Positions 20,559 through 30,261 of a DNA stretch of 64,000 bases are shown one piece after another. The translations under genes and the position numbers were made by a program. Each line of letters opens with the position of its first letter. The stretch's first letter is position 1. The notes below the pieces were generated by a model that ran no database searches, was not told the origin of the DNA, and saw nothing but the letters and a program-made list of their open reading frames with translations. The DNA is taken from assembly GCA_044226015.1 (NCBI GenBank), contig JBGAHS010000002.1, positions 433,571-497,570 on the forward strand, written 5' to 3'. The DNA is from Candidatus Obscuribacteraceae bacterium. Its GTDB lineage: Bacteria; Cyanobacteriota; Vampirovibrionia; Obscuribacterales; Obscuribacteraceae.

Positions 20559-20865
20559 GGTACGTCTCCAGAGTGTAATCCCCAGCTGATCTTATCATCT
20601 TGATTCGACCAGTTCAGCGCTGTTCCAATAGAGTTAAGAGATCGCGGAACGCCTACGGCACGGGCGCTAGTGAGAATCGGAGCAGTGTTGTCAACACAAG
20701 CCAGCTTTCGATTCTTCTCACTCAACGCCCTGTTCGAGAAATCCAACCCGCTCTTTGCAAGTGTAAAGAAGTTGACGGAGGCTCATTATCTGCCTGAAAG
20801 AATTGGCCAGCGACAGCTCAGAATCAGGTAAGATCCTTACTCGTCATGATTAACAGGCAAAACAA

Positions 20866-22617
20866 ATGAAGAGAGTATTCGCTGCTCTGGCGGGCAAGGT
20901 TCGAAGAATGACAGCTCCATTCAGAGAGCGTCCTACTATGAAAGTAGATGACCATGTGATGGAGCATTTCTTGCTCTACAACGGTCTGATTGGAACCAGT
21001 CCAGAAAAGGACCGGGACTATAAAGACGTCAGAAATGATGTAGTTCAAGCCGTAAACGATAACAGCGGACACTTGATGGCAATCGCATTGAAGCTGCAAC
21101 CGCTTCTCTGGGAAGAACGACTGGAAAAGATCTTTGCCGAAATAGCTCAAATCAACAAACAGGGAGCAATCAATTGCCTTCTTGCGGTTCGTCCAGACGA
21201 TGACATTATCGGCGATACCACACCTCTCAGCCATAGTGACTGGAGAGTTCGCTCGAACGCAGCACGAATGCTAGCCTTTCTTGAAGTAAAAGAATCAGTT
21301 CCTCGCCTTATCGAGATACTCCAATCTAGCAACAAGGAGCAAGCAGCAGCCTTCTGTCACATTTCGCACTCTCTGGCGCGTTTGGGTACGGAGAGCGCAC
21401 GGCAAGCCCTTGTAGCAGAAATCGCCAATGATGAACACTGGTTCCGCGTGGATGTCGCCAGTTCACTGGCGCACTGGCAACTGTCATCCGTAGTTCAGGA
21501 TCTGATGCGTCTTATGTCAGCGGGATCCGAATTTGATGATTACATGGCTGTGGCGATTTCTAGAAAACATAAACCAGCCAGTTTTGCAGAATATCACGAT
21601 GATGACATTCACGAGGGACTGGCAGAGCTGTCGATGTCGCTGCTCAAAGCAATTGAAGGACCGTTCCATGCAGAGCACGCCATCAACGATCAGCTCGAAG
21701 AAATCTGCTCGACCCTTATTCAAAATGCAAATAATAAGCCGAGTGCGCGACGAATTGCAGCTGCAATTGCAGTAAATAGATACCTGCATGAGAAGGGGCG
21801 CAAAACCCAGCTAGAGCTGAGGGACCTCTCTAACAAGACGCACTATGAAGCTGTCAAACGAACACTCTCGGAGTCCAAGTATGATAGTCCTACAAAAACG
21901 AGGGACTTCCGTCATGCGTTGGCACTTGCAGGAACATTCAAACTAACTGAGCTCTCACCACTGATGGTGCCACTCCTCAAAGACGACTTCCCTCTGTTGC
22001 CTGAGCTTGTAGACAGTCTTGCTAACATAGGAGATCAAGCTGCTGCTGAACGGATCGTGGAGCTGATTGAAAAGCAAGTAAAGTTGAACCAGCGCTGCCA
22101 AATGGCTTTCAGTGCGCATCCAGTTATAGAAGAGGATGCAAGAGCATCCAACTTTTATTGGACTGCACTGAAGTCGCTCGGCTCTCTGCCTCATCCAGCT
22201 GCATTAAAGCTGCTTGAACGCGCAGTAAATGATTACGCGCCGGACAAGCGAGAGCAGGCGCTTCTGTCATTGCAAACCATCCTCTTAAGCGAAGAGCTTC
22301 GCAAAAAACATTACAAGGGAAATCTTGAATCGCTCATACAAGAGCGCATGGAAGACCCAGCAGCAGCCGTGCAAGCAGCCGCTTTGATTGGAGTCGCGCA
22401 ACACAAGATGACTTCACTTTTGCCAGATCTCGTGCGAGCACTCAACTCGAGAGAAACGATAGTGCAGCGGCAAGCTCTAGAGTCATGTGTCAATCTCGCG
22501 AATAATGGACATCGAAACGATGTGAAGGCTGCGCTAGAAGCCGCTATCACAAAAGAGCATGATAGTAGCCGCAAATTCAGAATGAACAAGGCTTTGCAGA
22601 GAATCCAGGCGATTTAG
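20866..22617 (+). CDS. HEAT/PBS-lyase-like repeat protein
   Basis: Repeated DWRVRSNAARMLA, SLARLG and ALKSLGSL helical units. Confidence 0.75.
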   Translation: MKRVFAALAGKVRRMTAPFRERPTMKVDDHVMEHFLLYNGLIGTSPEKDRDYKDVRNDVVQAVNDNSGHLMAIALKLQPLLWEERLEKIFAEIAQINKQGAINCLLAVRPDDDIIGDTTPLSHSDWRVRSNAARMLAFLEVKESVPRLIEILQSSNKEQAAAFCHISHSLARLGTESARQALVAEIANDEHWFRVDVASSLAHWQLSSVVQDLMRLMSAGSEFDDYMAVAISRKHKPASFAEYHDDDIHEGLAELSMSLLKAIEGPFHAEHAINDQLEEICSTLIQNANNKPSARRIAAAIAVNRYLHEKGRKTQLELRDLSNKTHYEAVKRTLSESKYDSPTKTRDFRHALALAGTFKLTELSPLMVPLLKDDFPLLPELVDSLANIGDQAAAERIVELIEKQVKLNQRCQMAFSAHPVIEEDARASNFYWTALKSLGSLPHPAALKLLERAVNDYAPDKREQALLSLQTILLSEELRKKHYKGNLESLIQERMEDPAAAVQAAALIGVAQHKMTSLLPDLVRALNSRETIVQRQALESCVNLANNGHRNDVKAALEAAITKEHDSSRKFRMNKALQRIQAI

Positions 22618-22694
22618 GACTTACGTACCAGCGATTTGGAGTGCTACGATATTCTGAAGCAGTCGGCTTTGGAATACCTTCCTGCGAGAACCTT

Positions 22695-23279
22695 ATGGAA
22701 GAAAGCGAAAATCCAGCACAAAGCGAGCCGGCGAAGGTTCAACAACATGTTTCGCATTTGCTAAATGACGTGCTGGAAGGGTCAGCAGCACCAGAAGCAA
22801 GAAACCTTCGTTATCCTATAATTCTGGATGTGCTTCTTGGACTTGGATTACTCGCTGCAGTAGGTGGATTTACAGTCGGACTCTTCAATATGTACATCGT
22901 CCATTCGGCAGCTCAAGCTATTAGCACACAGCAATTCGGTGCAGCAATCAGCATGCTTCAGAGCGCGCCACTGCCCCAGGTATTTTCGCGCCCAGGTTCT
23001 GACACCGAAGAACTCCTGAGCAAGGCGCGTTATCTCGATGCGATGGACAAGATTGAACGAGGCGGAAATATTGAAGAAGCAATCAGAGAATTGAGTGCTA
23101 TAAATACCAGATCAAAGTATTTCAATTTAGCGCAACAAGTCATCAACGAAAATACTGAGCCTTCACCAATTCTTCTGCAGGTTGGCGCAGAACACAATGC
23201 CAATTCTGAGGACCTACAAAAATCAAAATCAAGCGAACAAGAGTCACTTCTCGAGAAAACACTGAAGAGTCCCGAATAA
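22695..23279 (+). CDS. Hypothetical single-pass membrane protein
   Basis: ORF with TM segment IILDVLLGLGLLAAVGGFTVGLF; ATG near 22695 (MEESEN) preferred. Confidence 0.65.
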   Translation: MEESENPAQSEPAKVQQHVSHLLNDVLEGSAAPEARNLRYPIILDVLLGLGLLAAVGGFTVGLFNMYIVHSAAQAISTQQFGAAISMLQSAPLPQVFSRPGSDTEELLSKARYLDAMDKIERGGNIEEAIRELSAINTRSKYFNLAQQVINENTEPSPILLQVGAEHNANSEDLQKSKSSEQESLLEKTLKSPE

Positions 23280-23319
23280 AAAAAAAACTCCGTGCACTAT
23301 ATGTGGTGCACAGAGTTTC
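23277..23319 (-). terminator. Intrinsic terminator for gcvTH
   Basis: AAACTC.GTGCAC / GTGCAC.GAGTTT inverted repeat; the A run on the plus strand is a U tail on the minus strand. Confidence 0.6.
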
Positions 23320-23369
23320 AGAATTTGAGTCGGACAACAGATGATTCTGTTTATGTTTAACGACTAGAG

Positions 23370-23789
23370 TTATTCAACCACGAACTTTTTGTAATCATCT
23401 GCAGACATTGCAGACTCGAGATCTTTAGGATTATCGAGCTTGATCTTCAACATCCAGCCTTCGGTATAGCAATCTAAATTGACTATTTCTGGCTCTGATG
23501 ACAATCTGTCGTTTACGTCAACAACTTCACCTGCAACTGGCATATACAGGTCAGACACTGACTTAACTGACTCAATAACGCCAAATTTTTCGTCTCTCTT
23601 GAACTTGCTGCCTTTTTTCGGAAGCTCAACATAGGTGACATCACCCAGTTGATCTGCCGCGAAGGCCGTGATGCCAATAACCGCACTATCGCCTTCAACG
23701 CGAATGTATTCATGCGTTTTGACATACTTGAGTTCTGCTGGATAAAGCAGTGTTTTTCCTGCCGAATCGCCCATTTCTAACAACCTCAC
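23370..23789 (-). CDS. gcvH: Glycine cleavage system H protein
   Basis: [22 protein letters not shown], lipoyl site IESVKSVSD. Confidence 0.96.
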   Translation of the reverse strand: MRLLEMGDSAGKTLLYPAELKYVKTHEYIRVEGDSAVIGITAFAADQLGDVTYVELPKKGSKFKRDEKFGVIESVKSVSDLYMPVAGEVVDVNDRLSSEPEIVNLDCYTEGWMLKIKLDNPKDLESAMSADDYKKFVVE

Positions 23790-23881
23790 ACTTCTGGATT
23801 TCTACGCCCTCAGGTGTCTGAAAAACTTCAGAACCAGTATGTTACACGCTGAAGGCTCACATTAGATCTTGGAAAGAACAA

Positions 23882-24985
23882 CTATTTGCGTTTATAAAAA
23901 GGACGCTTCACTACTTCAGCTTCTACCTTTGCATCCCGTATTTGAATTTGCAGTTTCTTGCCGATTTCTGCATAGCCTCTTGGCACAAAAGCATTGGAAA
24001 TGGGATAACCCACAAAGATGCCCTGGGAGCCGCTAGTGATGGAACCCACCTGACGTTCGCCATCAAATACCGGATAGCCCTGACGAGGAAGTGCCTGACC
24101 CTCTGATTTCAGGGATACCAGCTGCTTTGAAAGCCCCATCTTCTTTTGTGCATTCAATGTCGATGAGCCCATGAACTCACCTTTCTCAAGCTTCACACTC
24201 CAGCCGAGTCCAGCTTCCAAAGGACTGGTGTTTTCATCAAGTTCGTGGCCATAAAGCGGCAAACCTGCTTCCAGTCGCAAAGTATCGCGTGCGCCGAGGC
24301 CGCAAGGCTCAATACCGAACTCCTGACCACGCTCAAGAATCTTCTTCCAGAGTTTCTCAACTTTGTTGGCATGAACGAAGATCTCTAATCCATCTTCACC
24401 GGTATAGCCAGTTCGTCCCCATTGCGCATCAACACCATCCATCTTGCCAGAGCCATAATGGAACGACGGTAATTTGCGAACTTCTTCGCCCGCCATAGCA
24501 GCCATCAGGTCAATTGCTTTTGGTCCCTGAAGCGCAAGAAGGCACATATCTTCTGAGATGTCGCGCAGATTTACGCCTTTGAATTCACCAACGTTTTCTT
24601 CCAGCCAAGCCCAATCTTTCTCGATATTGGACGCGTTGACGACGAGAAGGTAGCCACCATCGAGCCTGTACACGATCAAATCATCAACAGTTCCGCCCTC
24701 GTCAGTGCACATCTGCGTGTAAAGAGCCATGTTTGGCTTATCGAGCTTATCTATGTCATTTGCGATCATAAACTGTATGAAATCGCGAGCCTTGGCACCG
24801 GTTACGAGAAATTCACCCATGTGCGAAACATCGAAAAGTCCCACATTGGTGCGTACTGCCATATGTTCAGCCTTGATGGACTTGTATTGAACTGGCATGT
24901 ACCATCCAGCAAAGTCGACCATACGTGCTCCAAGTGCTTTGTGTGCAGCTGCGAGCGGAGTTTGTTTCAATTGAACCGTTGTCAT
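23882..24985 (-). CDS. gcvT: Glycine cleavage system aminomethyltransferase T
   Basis: FAGWYMPVQY, FDVSHMG, TGYTGEDG, GLGARDTLRLEAG. Confidence 0.97.
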   Translation of the reverse strand: MTTVQLKQTPLAAAHKALGARMVDFAGWYMPVQYKSIKAEHMAVRTNVGLFDVSHMGEFLVTGAKARDFIQFMIANDIDKLDKPNMALYTQMCTDEGGTVDDLIVYRLDGGYLLVVNASNIEKDWAWLEENVGEFKGVNLRDISEDMCLLALQGPKAIDLMAAMAGEEVRKLPSFHYGSGKMDGVDAQWGRTGYTGEDGLEIFVHANKVEKLWKKILERGQEFGIEPCGLGARDTLRLEAGLPLYGHELDENTSPLEAGLGWSVKLEKGEFMGSSTLNAQKKMGLSKQLVSLKSEGQALPRQGYPVFDGERQVGSITSGSQGIFVGYPISNAFVPRGYAEIGKKLQIQIRDAKVEAEVVKRPFYKRK

Positions 24986-25116
24986 AGGTTACTCTCATAT
25001 TAAGGTTGGAACCGAATCACAGATCCTAGCATGATAATTTTGCTGCGAAGCCAGATTAGACATAGACTTAAGCATTAAAAGCTTGCTCATGCATCTCTCA
25101 GGCAAAAGCCTGCCAA

Positions 25117-25267
25117 AGCGGATTCTGTTTGGGAGAAGCTTGAAATTTAGGTTTCTAGATGTAAACGAATTCCCGACATTGCGCTTAATGTCACCCGGAA
25201 GCTCAAAGTCTTCATCTAAGGCATAGAGAACGCGCACAGCACCAGATACGGTGACAGAATCTCCGCT
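25117..25267 (-). ncRNA. ssrS: Probable 6S RNA (cyanobacterial ssaA type); ends approximate
   Basis: Long rod with a central bubble: closing stem 25117-25129 with 25253-25267, inner stems TAGATG/CATCTA, TTCC/GGAA and GACATT/AATGTC. Inner G-U pairs favour the minus strand. The 5' segment GUCACCGUAUCUGGUGCUGUGCGCGUUCUCUAUGCCUU resembles cyanobacterial 6S as I recall it. Confidence 0.65.
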
Positions 25268-25503
25268 CTAGGACCCTGCGAATGATGATTTTGTGCTAAA
25301 GCATTCAGTTCAATCGACATGAATCCCGGTCAGGCAATGTTGTGTTTATCGGCTCAGAGTTACTTATAGAAGCACTGAATGCTAGCGCAAGCTTTGCAAC
25401 AAACTTAGTATTGATGTAAGCCTCAAAGCTTGCGGAATCCACGCAGTTCCAATTTTGAAATTCACAATTACTCTAACGCATGTGTGTGAGGGCGGGATAA
25501 CTC

Positions 25504-27306
25504 ATGGAAGCAACGTTCCATCACTTTTCCACAGCTGAGCTGTTAAAAAAGTCGGACAACGAAAACACAAGATTGCTTACCGAACTTGGTAGCGCGCTTA
25601 GCTATCACGCTCTTCAAGCACCAATTGATGGGCTTGGACAATTGCTGCGCAAAATTCCAGGGTGCCCAAATCTTCCAGAACTAAAAATCTGCGCAGAACC
25701 AGAAGAAGCCGTTTTTGCTTCCAAGAATTGGCAGGCTCAGCAAATTGGCTCAGCACTTGGAACAACCCTGCCATTTCTTCTCATAAAAAATACTTTGCGG
25801 CATGCCGGGATTTCAGAGTTAATGCAAACCCACTATCTGAAACCAGGCACGAGAGACCTGATCGAAGCAAGCACAGCAGCAGCAATACTAGGAACTGTGT
25901 TCCGAAAAGGCGCTGACGATGATGCTCATTTTTGGGAAAGTCGCTTGAAAAACGGCAGTGTAGACGCACTCTCATTTTCAACTTTTTGCACTTCCAATCG
26001 TGTACTGGGTTCGCTCTCAAGAAAGCTGCCGACTGAAAATGGCATAGCCATGCGTCTTGCAAATGCGGTTATTTCTGGAGGCACCGCGGGTGCAGTTGCT
26101 GCAGAATCAGCAGCACTATTGAGCGAAGGCAAACTCGCAAGATATGAGGAGCTTGCGAAATCTGTATATAGCTTTGCCTTTATAGGAGGCACACTAACAG
26201 CAGTTGACGCGGGCTTCCAACCTCGCAATATCGCTGGTCGCAGCCTGGCATTTAGCGACAAATTCCTTTCTGAGAAATTGAGAACAGAAGAGAACAAACA
26301 ACTCTTTCGTGCATTTGAAGAGCGTGCTATTGCTCTGCGGATTTCTCACGCTAATCAGATAGAAACAATCGAACAAGTCTCTAAGCTGGTAAAACCGAGG
26401 AAGAAGGATAGTGCGGTAGATAGACAACTGCATCCACAGCTGGCGAAAGAAGTACTCCAAAATATTGCACAACCATTTTATATTGACCAGGGCAACCATC
26501 CAACATGCGTACTGAATTCGATTGAGAATATAGTCGCAAGCGGGCATCCCGAAAAATATAGTCAAATAATTGCGGACATAGCAATTAAAGGTGGCTCGAC
26601 ACACGGCATTACTCTCCCCGAGAATTGCCTCGAACCTGATCGAGAGGCTCGCATTACATCAGACCGAGATGGCAGGCGCGTATTTGCAAGCCAGTTATTC
26701 CAATATTACCTCGCCAATATTCACTGGTCTGAAGGCGGAGACTTACCGGATGGCAGCTTCTCAGACACAGTCACTTACCAGCCAGTGAAAGCAGGCTCGA
26801 ATAGTGCAGGACTTTTCGTGGACGGAGAATTGCTCAAAGATTATGGTCGAAACTCAAAAGGCAACTTTGTGAAAATAACTTACGAAGCCCCAGAGATTGA
26901 AGAATGGCACATCGTTCCACTTTTTCGCAAAGTGGTTCCTAGAGGCAAACTTACAGTTATAGATCACATCGATAGCGTCGACAGCGGAAACTTCAATGGG
27001 CGCAAGACTGTAAATACAGTCAAATCGGTGAAGGATCTCGAATACATCTTAAGCAAGAACTCCCCGAATGCCATGATTTGTGGTGTCAGAGCAGAGGGAT
27101 TGCTTGGACAGACTAAATCTTCGCAAGAATTCGGATGGCATTCGGTTGTCGTAAGGGACTATGATCCGCGGAGCCGAAGCCTTTACCTGGATAATTCCTG
27201 GGGACGCGCAGAGGAGTGGAGCGGGCGCAACTTTGAAAAGCCAAGAATGAGCATTGAACATTTGTTCGAGATTATGACGCCAAAAGACGCGGAGAAGGCT
27301 GCTTAG
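25504..27306 (+). CDS. Hypothetical protein with a C-terminal papain/calpain-like cysteine protease domain
   Basis: DQGNHPTC (Q...C), GWHSVVV (H) and LDNSWG (N) in papain-superfamily order. Confidence 0.7.
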   Translation: MEATFHHFSTAELLKKSDNENTRLLTELGSALSYHALQAPIDGLGQLLRKIPGCPNLPELKICAEPEEAVFASKNWQAQQIGSALGTTLPFLLIKNTLRHAGISELMQTHYLKPGTRDLIEASTAAAILGTVFRKGADDDAHFWESRLKNGSVDALSFSTFCTSNRVLGSLSRKLPTENGIAMRLANAVISGGTAGAVAAESAALLSEGKLARYEELAKSVYSFAFIGGTLTAVDAGFQPRNIAGRSLAFSDKFLSEKLRTEENKQLFRAFEERAIALRISHANQIETIEQVSKLVKPRKKDSAVDRQLHPQLAKEVLQNIAQPFYIDQGNHPTCVLNSIENIVASGHPEKYSQIIADIAIKGGSTHGITLPENCLEPDREARITSDRDGRRVFASQLFQYYLANIHWSEGGDLPDGSFSDTVTYQPVKAGSNSAGLFVDGELLKDYGRNSKGNFVKITYEAPEIEEWHIVPLFRKVVPRGKLTVIDHIDSVDSGNFNGRKTVNTVKSVKDLEYILSKNSPNAMICGVRAEGLLGQTKSSQEFGWHSVVVRDYDPRSRSLYLDNSWGRAEEWSGRNFEKPRMSIEHLFEIMTPKDAEKAA

Positions 27307-27436
27307 TGCTTTTGTCTGATTTTCACTTTCAAGAGATTGAGTTCCGAGTTTACATGCAGCAAACAGATTTGAATGCAGCAAACACGTTCGAATACGGCAA
27401 ACACGTCAAGCTCAAATGCAAGAATAAGTCAGGACC

Positions 27437-27535
27437 GAAATACAGCAACAGCCCAGCTCATACAATGAGCTGAGCAATGCTGTATTTCGATGAGTGAGAG
27501 GAGCCGCACCGCCCGTAGTGCAGCGCCCTCTCACA
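27437..27535. terminator. Two stem-loops between convergent genes (likely terminators)
   Basis: CGAAATACAGCA..CAGCTCA / TGAGCTG..TGCTGTATTTCG, and GTGAGAGG...CCTCTCAC. Confidence 0.5.
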
Positions 27536-27543
27536 GGAATGGA

Positions 27544-29148
27544 CTAAGCGGCTTCGGTGTCGGATTTTTCCTTATCTGGTGCGGGTGCTTCAGAATCTCC
27601 TGACGCATCAGCAACCATTTCGGCAATAGTCTCCTCGACTTTGCGTTCTTCTTCCTTTCTTTCCTCAGGAGTCATTTCGAATCCCTCAGTTTCTGCTGCA
27701 GGAGCCTCTTCTGACTTTTCTTCATCAGCTGGAGCTTCTTCAGTTTCTGCTGCGGGAGCCTCTTCTAACTTTTCTTCGTCAGCTGGAGCTTCTTCAGTTT
27801 CTGCTTCGGCTGCTGGTGCTTCTTCCGATTTCTCTTCATCAGCTGGAGCTTCTTCAGTTTCTGCTGCGGGAGCCTCTTCTGACTTTTCTTCATCAGCTGG
27901 GGCTTCTTCAGTTTCTGCTGCGGGAGCCTCTTCCGATTTCTCTTCATCAGCTGGGGCTTCTTCAGTTTCTGCTGCGGGAGCCTCTTCCGATTTCTCTTCA
28001 TCAGCCGGAGCTTCTTCAGTTTCTGCTGCGGGAGCCTCTTCTGACTTTTCTTCATCAGCTGGGGCTTCTTCAGTTTCCGCTTCGGCTGCTGGTGCTTCTT
28101 CCGATTTCTCTTCATCAGCTGGAGCTTCTTCAGTTTCTGCTGCGGGAGCCTCTTCTGACTTCTCTTCATCAGCTGGGGCTTCTTCAGTTTCCGCTTCGGC
28201 TGCTGGTGCCTCTTCCGATTTCTCTTCATCAGCTGGAGCTTCTTCAGTTTCTGCTGCGGGAGCCTCTTCTGACTTTTCTTCATCAGCCGGGGCTTCTTCA
28301 GTTTCTGCTGCGGAAGCCTCTTCCGATTTCTCTTCATCAGCTGGGGCTTCTTCAGTTTCTGCTGCGGGAGCCTCTTCTAACTTTTCTTCGTCAGCTGGAG
28401 CTTCTTCAGTTTCTGCTGCGGGAGCCTCTTCCGACTTTTCTTCATCAGCTGGAGCTTCTTCAGTTTCTGCTGCGGGAGCCTCTTCTGACTTTTCTTCGTC
28501 AGCCGGAGCTTCTTCAGTTTCTGCTGCGGGAGCCTCTTCTGACTTTTCTTCATCAGCCGGAGCTTCTTCAGTTTCTGCTGCGGGAGCCTCTTCTGACTTT
28601 TCTTCGTCAGCCGGAGCTTCTTCAGTTTCTGCTGTGGGAGCCTCTTCTGACTTTTCTTCATCAGCCGGAGCTTCTTCACCTGCTTCAGCTGCTGGTGCTT
28701 CTTCCGACTTCTCTTCGTCTCCACCGGCTTCCTCACCTGCTTCGCCTGCTGGTGCTTCTTCCGATTTCTCTTCGTCTCCACCGGCTTCTTCACCTGCTTC
28801 GGCTGCTGGTGCTTCTTCCGATTTCTCTTCGTCTCCACCGGCTTCTTCACCTGCTTCAGCTGCTGGTGCTTCTTCCGATTTCTCTTCATCACCACCAGAT
28901 TCTTCACCGGCTTCCGCTACTGGTGCTTCTTCTAATTTCTCTTCGCCGCAGCACGCCTCGATTGCTTCACTACACTCAGAAGACACATCATCACATTTCT
29001 GTTCATCGGATGCTGCATCGGTAGCGGCTTCACAGCTAGGTGCTGCTTCCGCATTACAACATTCTTTTGTATCTTCGACTACAATTTCTTCAATCTTTTT
29101 TGGTGCAGCAGGGGCGTGCTTTTTTCCTTTCCCTTTTTTCTTCGACAT
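27544..29148 (-). CDS. Highly acidic tandem-repeat protein (22 copies of EEAPAAETEEAPADEEKS-type units)
   Basis: ATG 29148 preceded by GGAGGAAGAGGA; Lys-rich start, Cys-rich segment, 18-20 aa repeats, unique C-terminus. Confidence 0.8.
   Translation of the reverse strand: MSKKKGKGKKHAPAAPKKIEEIVVEDTKECCNAEAAPSCEAATDAASDEQKCDDVSSECSEAIEACCGEEKLEEAPVAEAGEESGGDEEKSEEAPAAEAGEEAGGDEEKSEEAPAAEAGEEAGGDEEKSEEAPAGEAGEEAGGDEEKSEEAPAAEAGEEAPADEEKSEEAPTAETEEAPADEEKSEEAPAAETEEAPADEEKSEEAPAAETEEAPADEEKSEEAPAAETEEAPADEEKSEEAPAAETEEAPADEEKLEEAPAAETEEAPADEEKSEEASAAETEEAPADEEKSEEAPAAETEEAPADEEKSEEAPAAEAETEEAPADEEKSEEAPAAETEEAPADEEKSEEAPAAEAETEEAPADEEKSEEAPAAETEEAPADEEKSEEAPAAETEEAPADEEKSEEAPAAETEEAPADEEKSEEAPAAETEEAPADEEKSEEAPAAEAETEEAPADEEKLEEAPAAETEEAPADEEKSEEAPAAETEGFEMTPEERKEEERKVEETIAEMVADASGDSEAPAPDKEKSDTEAA
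27690..28945. repeat. Coding tandem repeat, 54-60-bp units
   Basis: Recurring GGAGCTTCTTCAGTTTCTGCTGCGGGAGCCTCTTC with mostly synonymous variation in the minus-strand frame. Confidence 0.95.
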
Positions 29149-29490
29149 GGTCCTCTTCCTCCGGGCGCGAAAACAAAAGGTCTCCCAAGAAACAATCTGG
29201 AAGGCGCGCATGCCAGACGCGCACGATTGTACACGCCTGTAGTGACGGTGAATTAGGTACAAGCACCATGACATTGCGCTCTCGCACACGTCTTTAGAGC
29301 TTGTACTCTTGCACACGCCTTTTTATTGCCTGCTCGCTAGGCAAATTCAATTTTGAGACCTTCTATTACAAGTATATGAAAAAGATCAGCTGAGCGGGGT
29401 ATCGTTTTGGAGAAATTTTGATTAAAACTTGACTTTTTTCGACGCTGAAAAGGCACCACCTAAAGTGGCTTGGTTTTTGCAAACTTTCGG

Positions 29491-29913
29491 CTATGTTTCT
29501 CCACGATTTCGCTGCATTTCATCACAGAGTTCATCAATTTCTTCACGGATCTTCTCGGAAGCCTCCAACGAGATCAGAAGATCCTTTTTTGCTTCCTTGA
29601 ACTTCTTTTGATCAATTCTTCGGTCGATCACTTTGATTGCGTCACCTAGAAGCACAAGATCGTCACATGTTTTCTCGATACGCTTCGAAATGCCTGAATT
29701 AGAGCCAGTCGACACATATCTCGAAGCGAGATCCGCATCGTTAGCGCGCTGCATAAGTTCGGAAATGATTTCTTGCAAGCGAATTCTTGTAGCCTCAAGA
29801 CGTTCCGCCTCCTCCTTCATTTTTCCACCAAAATACAACCGAACAGCGACTAGCAAAACAAGCCCGGATAACAATGAAAACGAAAGCAGCGCGAATAGGT
29901 GGGCTAGTATCAT
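29491..29913 (-). CDS. Hypothetical membrane-anchored coiled-coil protein
   Basis: MILAHLFALLSFSLLSGLVLLVAV TM segment followed by a charged helix; ATG 29913. Confidence 0.6.
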   Translation of the reverse strand: MILAHLFALLSFSLLSGLVLLVAVRLYFGGKMKEEAERLEATRIRLQEIISELMQRANDADLASRYVSTGSNSGISKRIEKTCDDLVLLGDAIKVIDRRIDQKKFKEAKKDLLISLEASEKIREEIDELCDEMQRNRGET

Positions 29914-30012
29914 AAGTAGTACTATGCAATCTACAAGATCAGATGTCTGAAAATGTAAGAGAATGTCCTTTTGTGTGGTAAGAAAGAGGAAGTCCTTACA
30001 GAGAAGAAACTC

Positions 30013-30240
30013 ATGCGCGGTTTGATAGGTCTTCAAGGTTTAGCTGAACGATTCGAAGAAATAGATTCGGCAGCCCCCTTTGTAATTGCAATGATAATTG
30101 TAATGGTTGTAACGGCGTTGCAGGGTGATATAAGTGTCTGGTTAGAGAAACAGGGTTCAAACACAGCGACGACGCAAAAAGATTTACGCGGTGAACGGTT
30201 GATTGACCCTGTTGGCCGTTACGAAGACGAAAACCGCTGA
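30013..30240 (+). CDS. Small hypothetical membrane protein
   Basis: One TM segment (APFVIAMIIVMVVTAL); lies directly upstream of the hydrolase on the same strand. Confidence 0.4.
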   Translation: MRGLIGLQGLAERFEEIDSAAPFVIAMIIVMVVTALQGDISVWLEKQGSNTATTQKDLRGERLIDPVGRYEDENR

Positions 30241-30261
30241 AGCGGTAGACGGAGGATTTCT

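Noticed and set aside
25094..25108. Glycine riboswitch-like string CTCTCAGGCAAAAG near gcvT
   Set aside because: It is on the strand opposite to gcvT, and the GGAGA and CCGAAG aptamer elements are not arranged around it.
25347..25357. CTGAGCCGATA (minus strand) resembling part of enterobacterial 6S RNA
   Set aside because: Only 11 nt and outside the folded rod; probably chance.
27557..29242. Long antisense and alternative-frame ORFs (561 aa Ser/Ala-rich, 402 aa Leu-rich, Lys-rich ORFs)
   Set aside because: Shadows of the in-frame repeat; the acidic frame has the strong RBS and the synonymous variation pattern.
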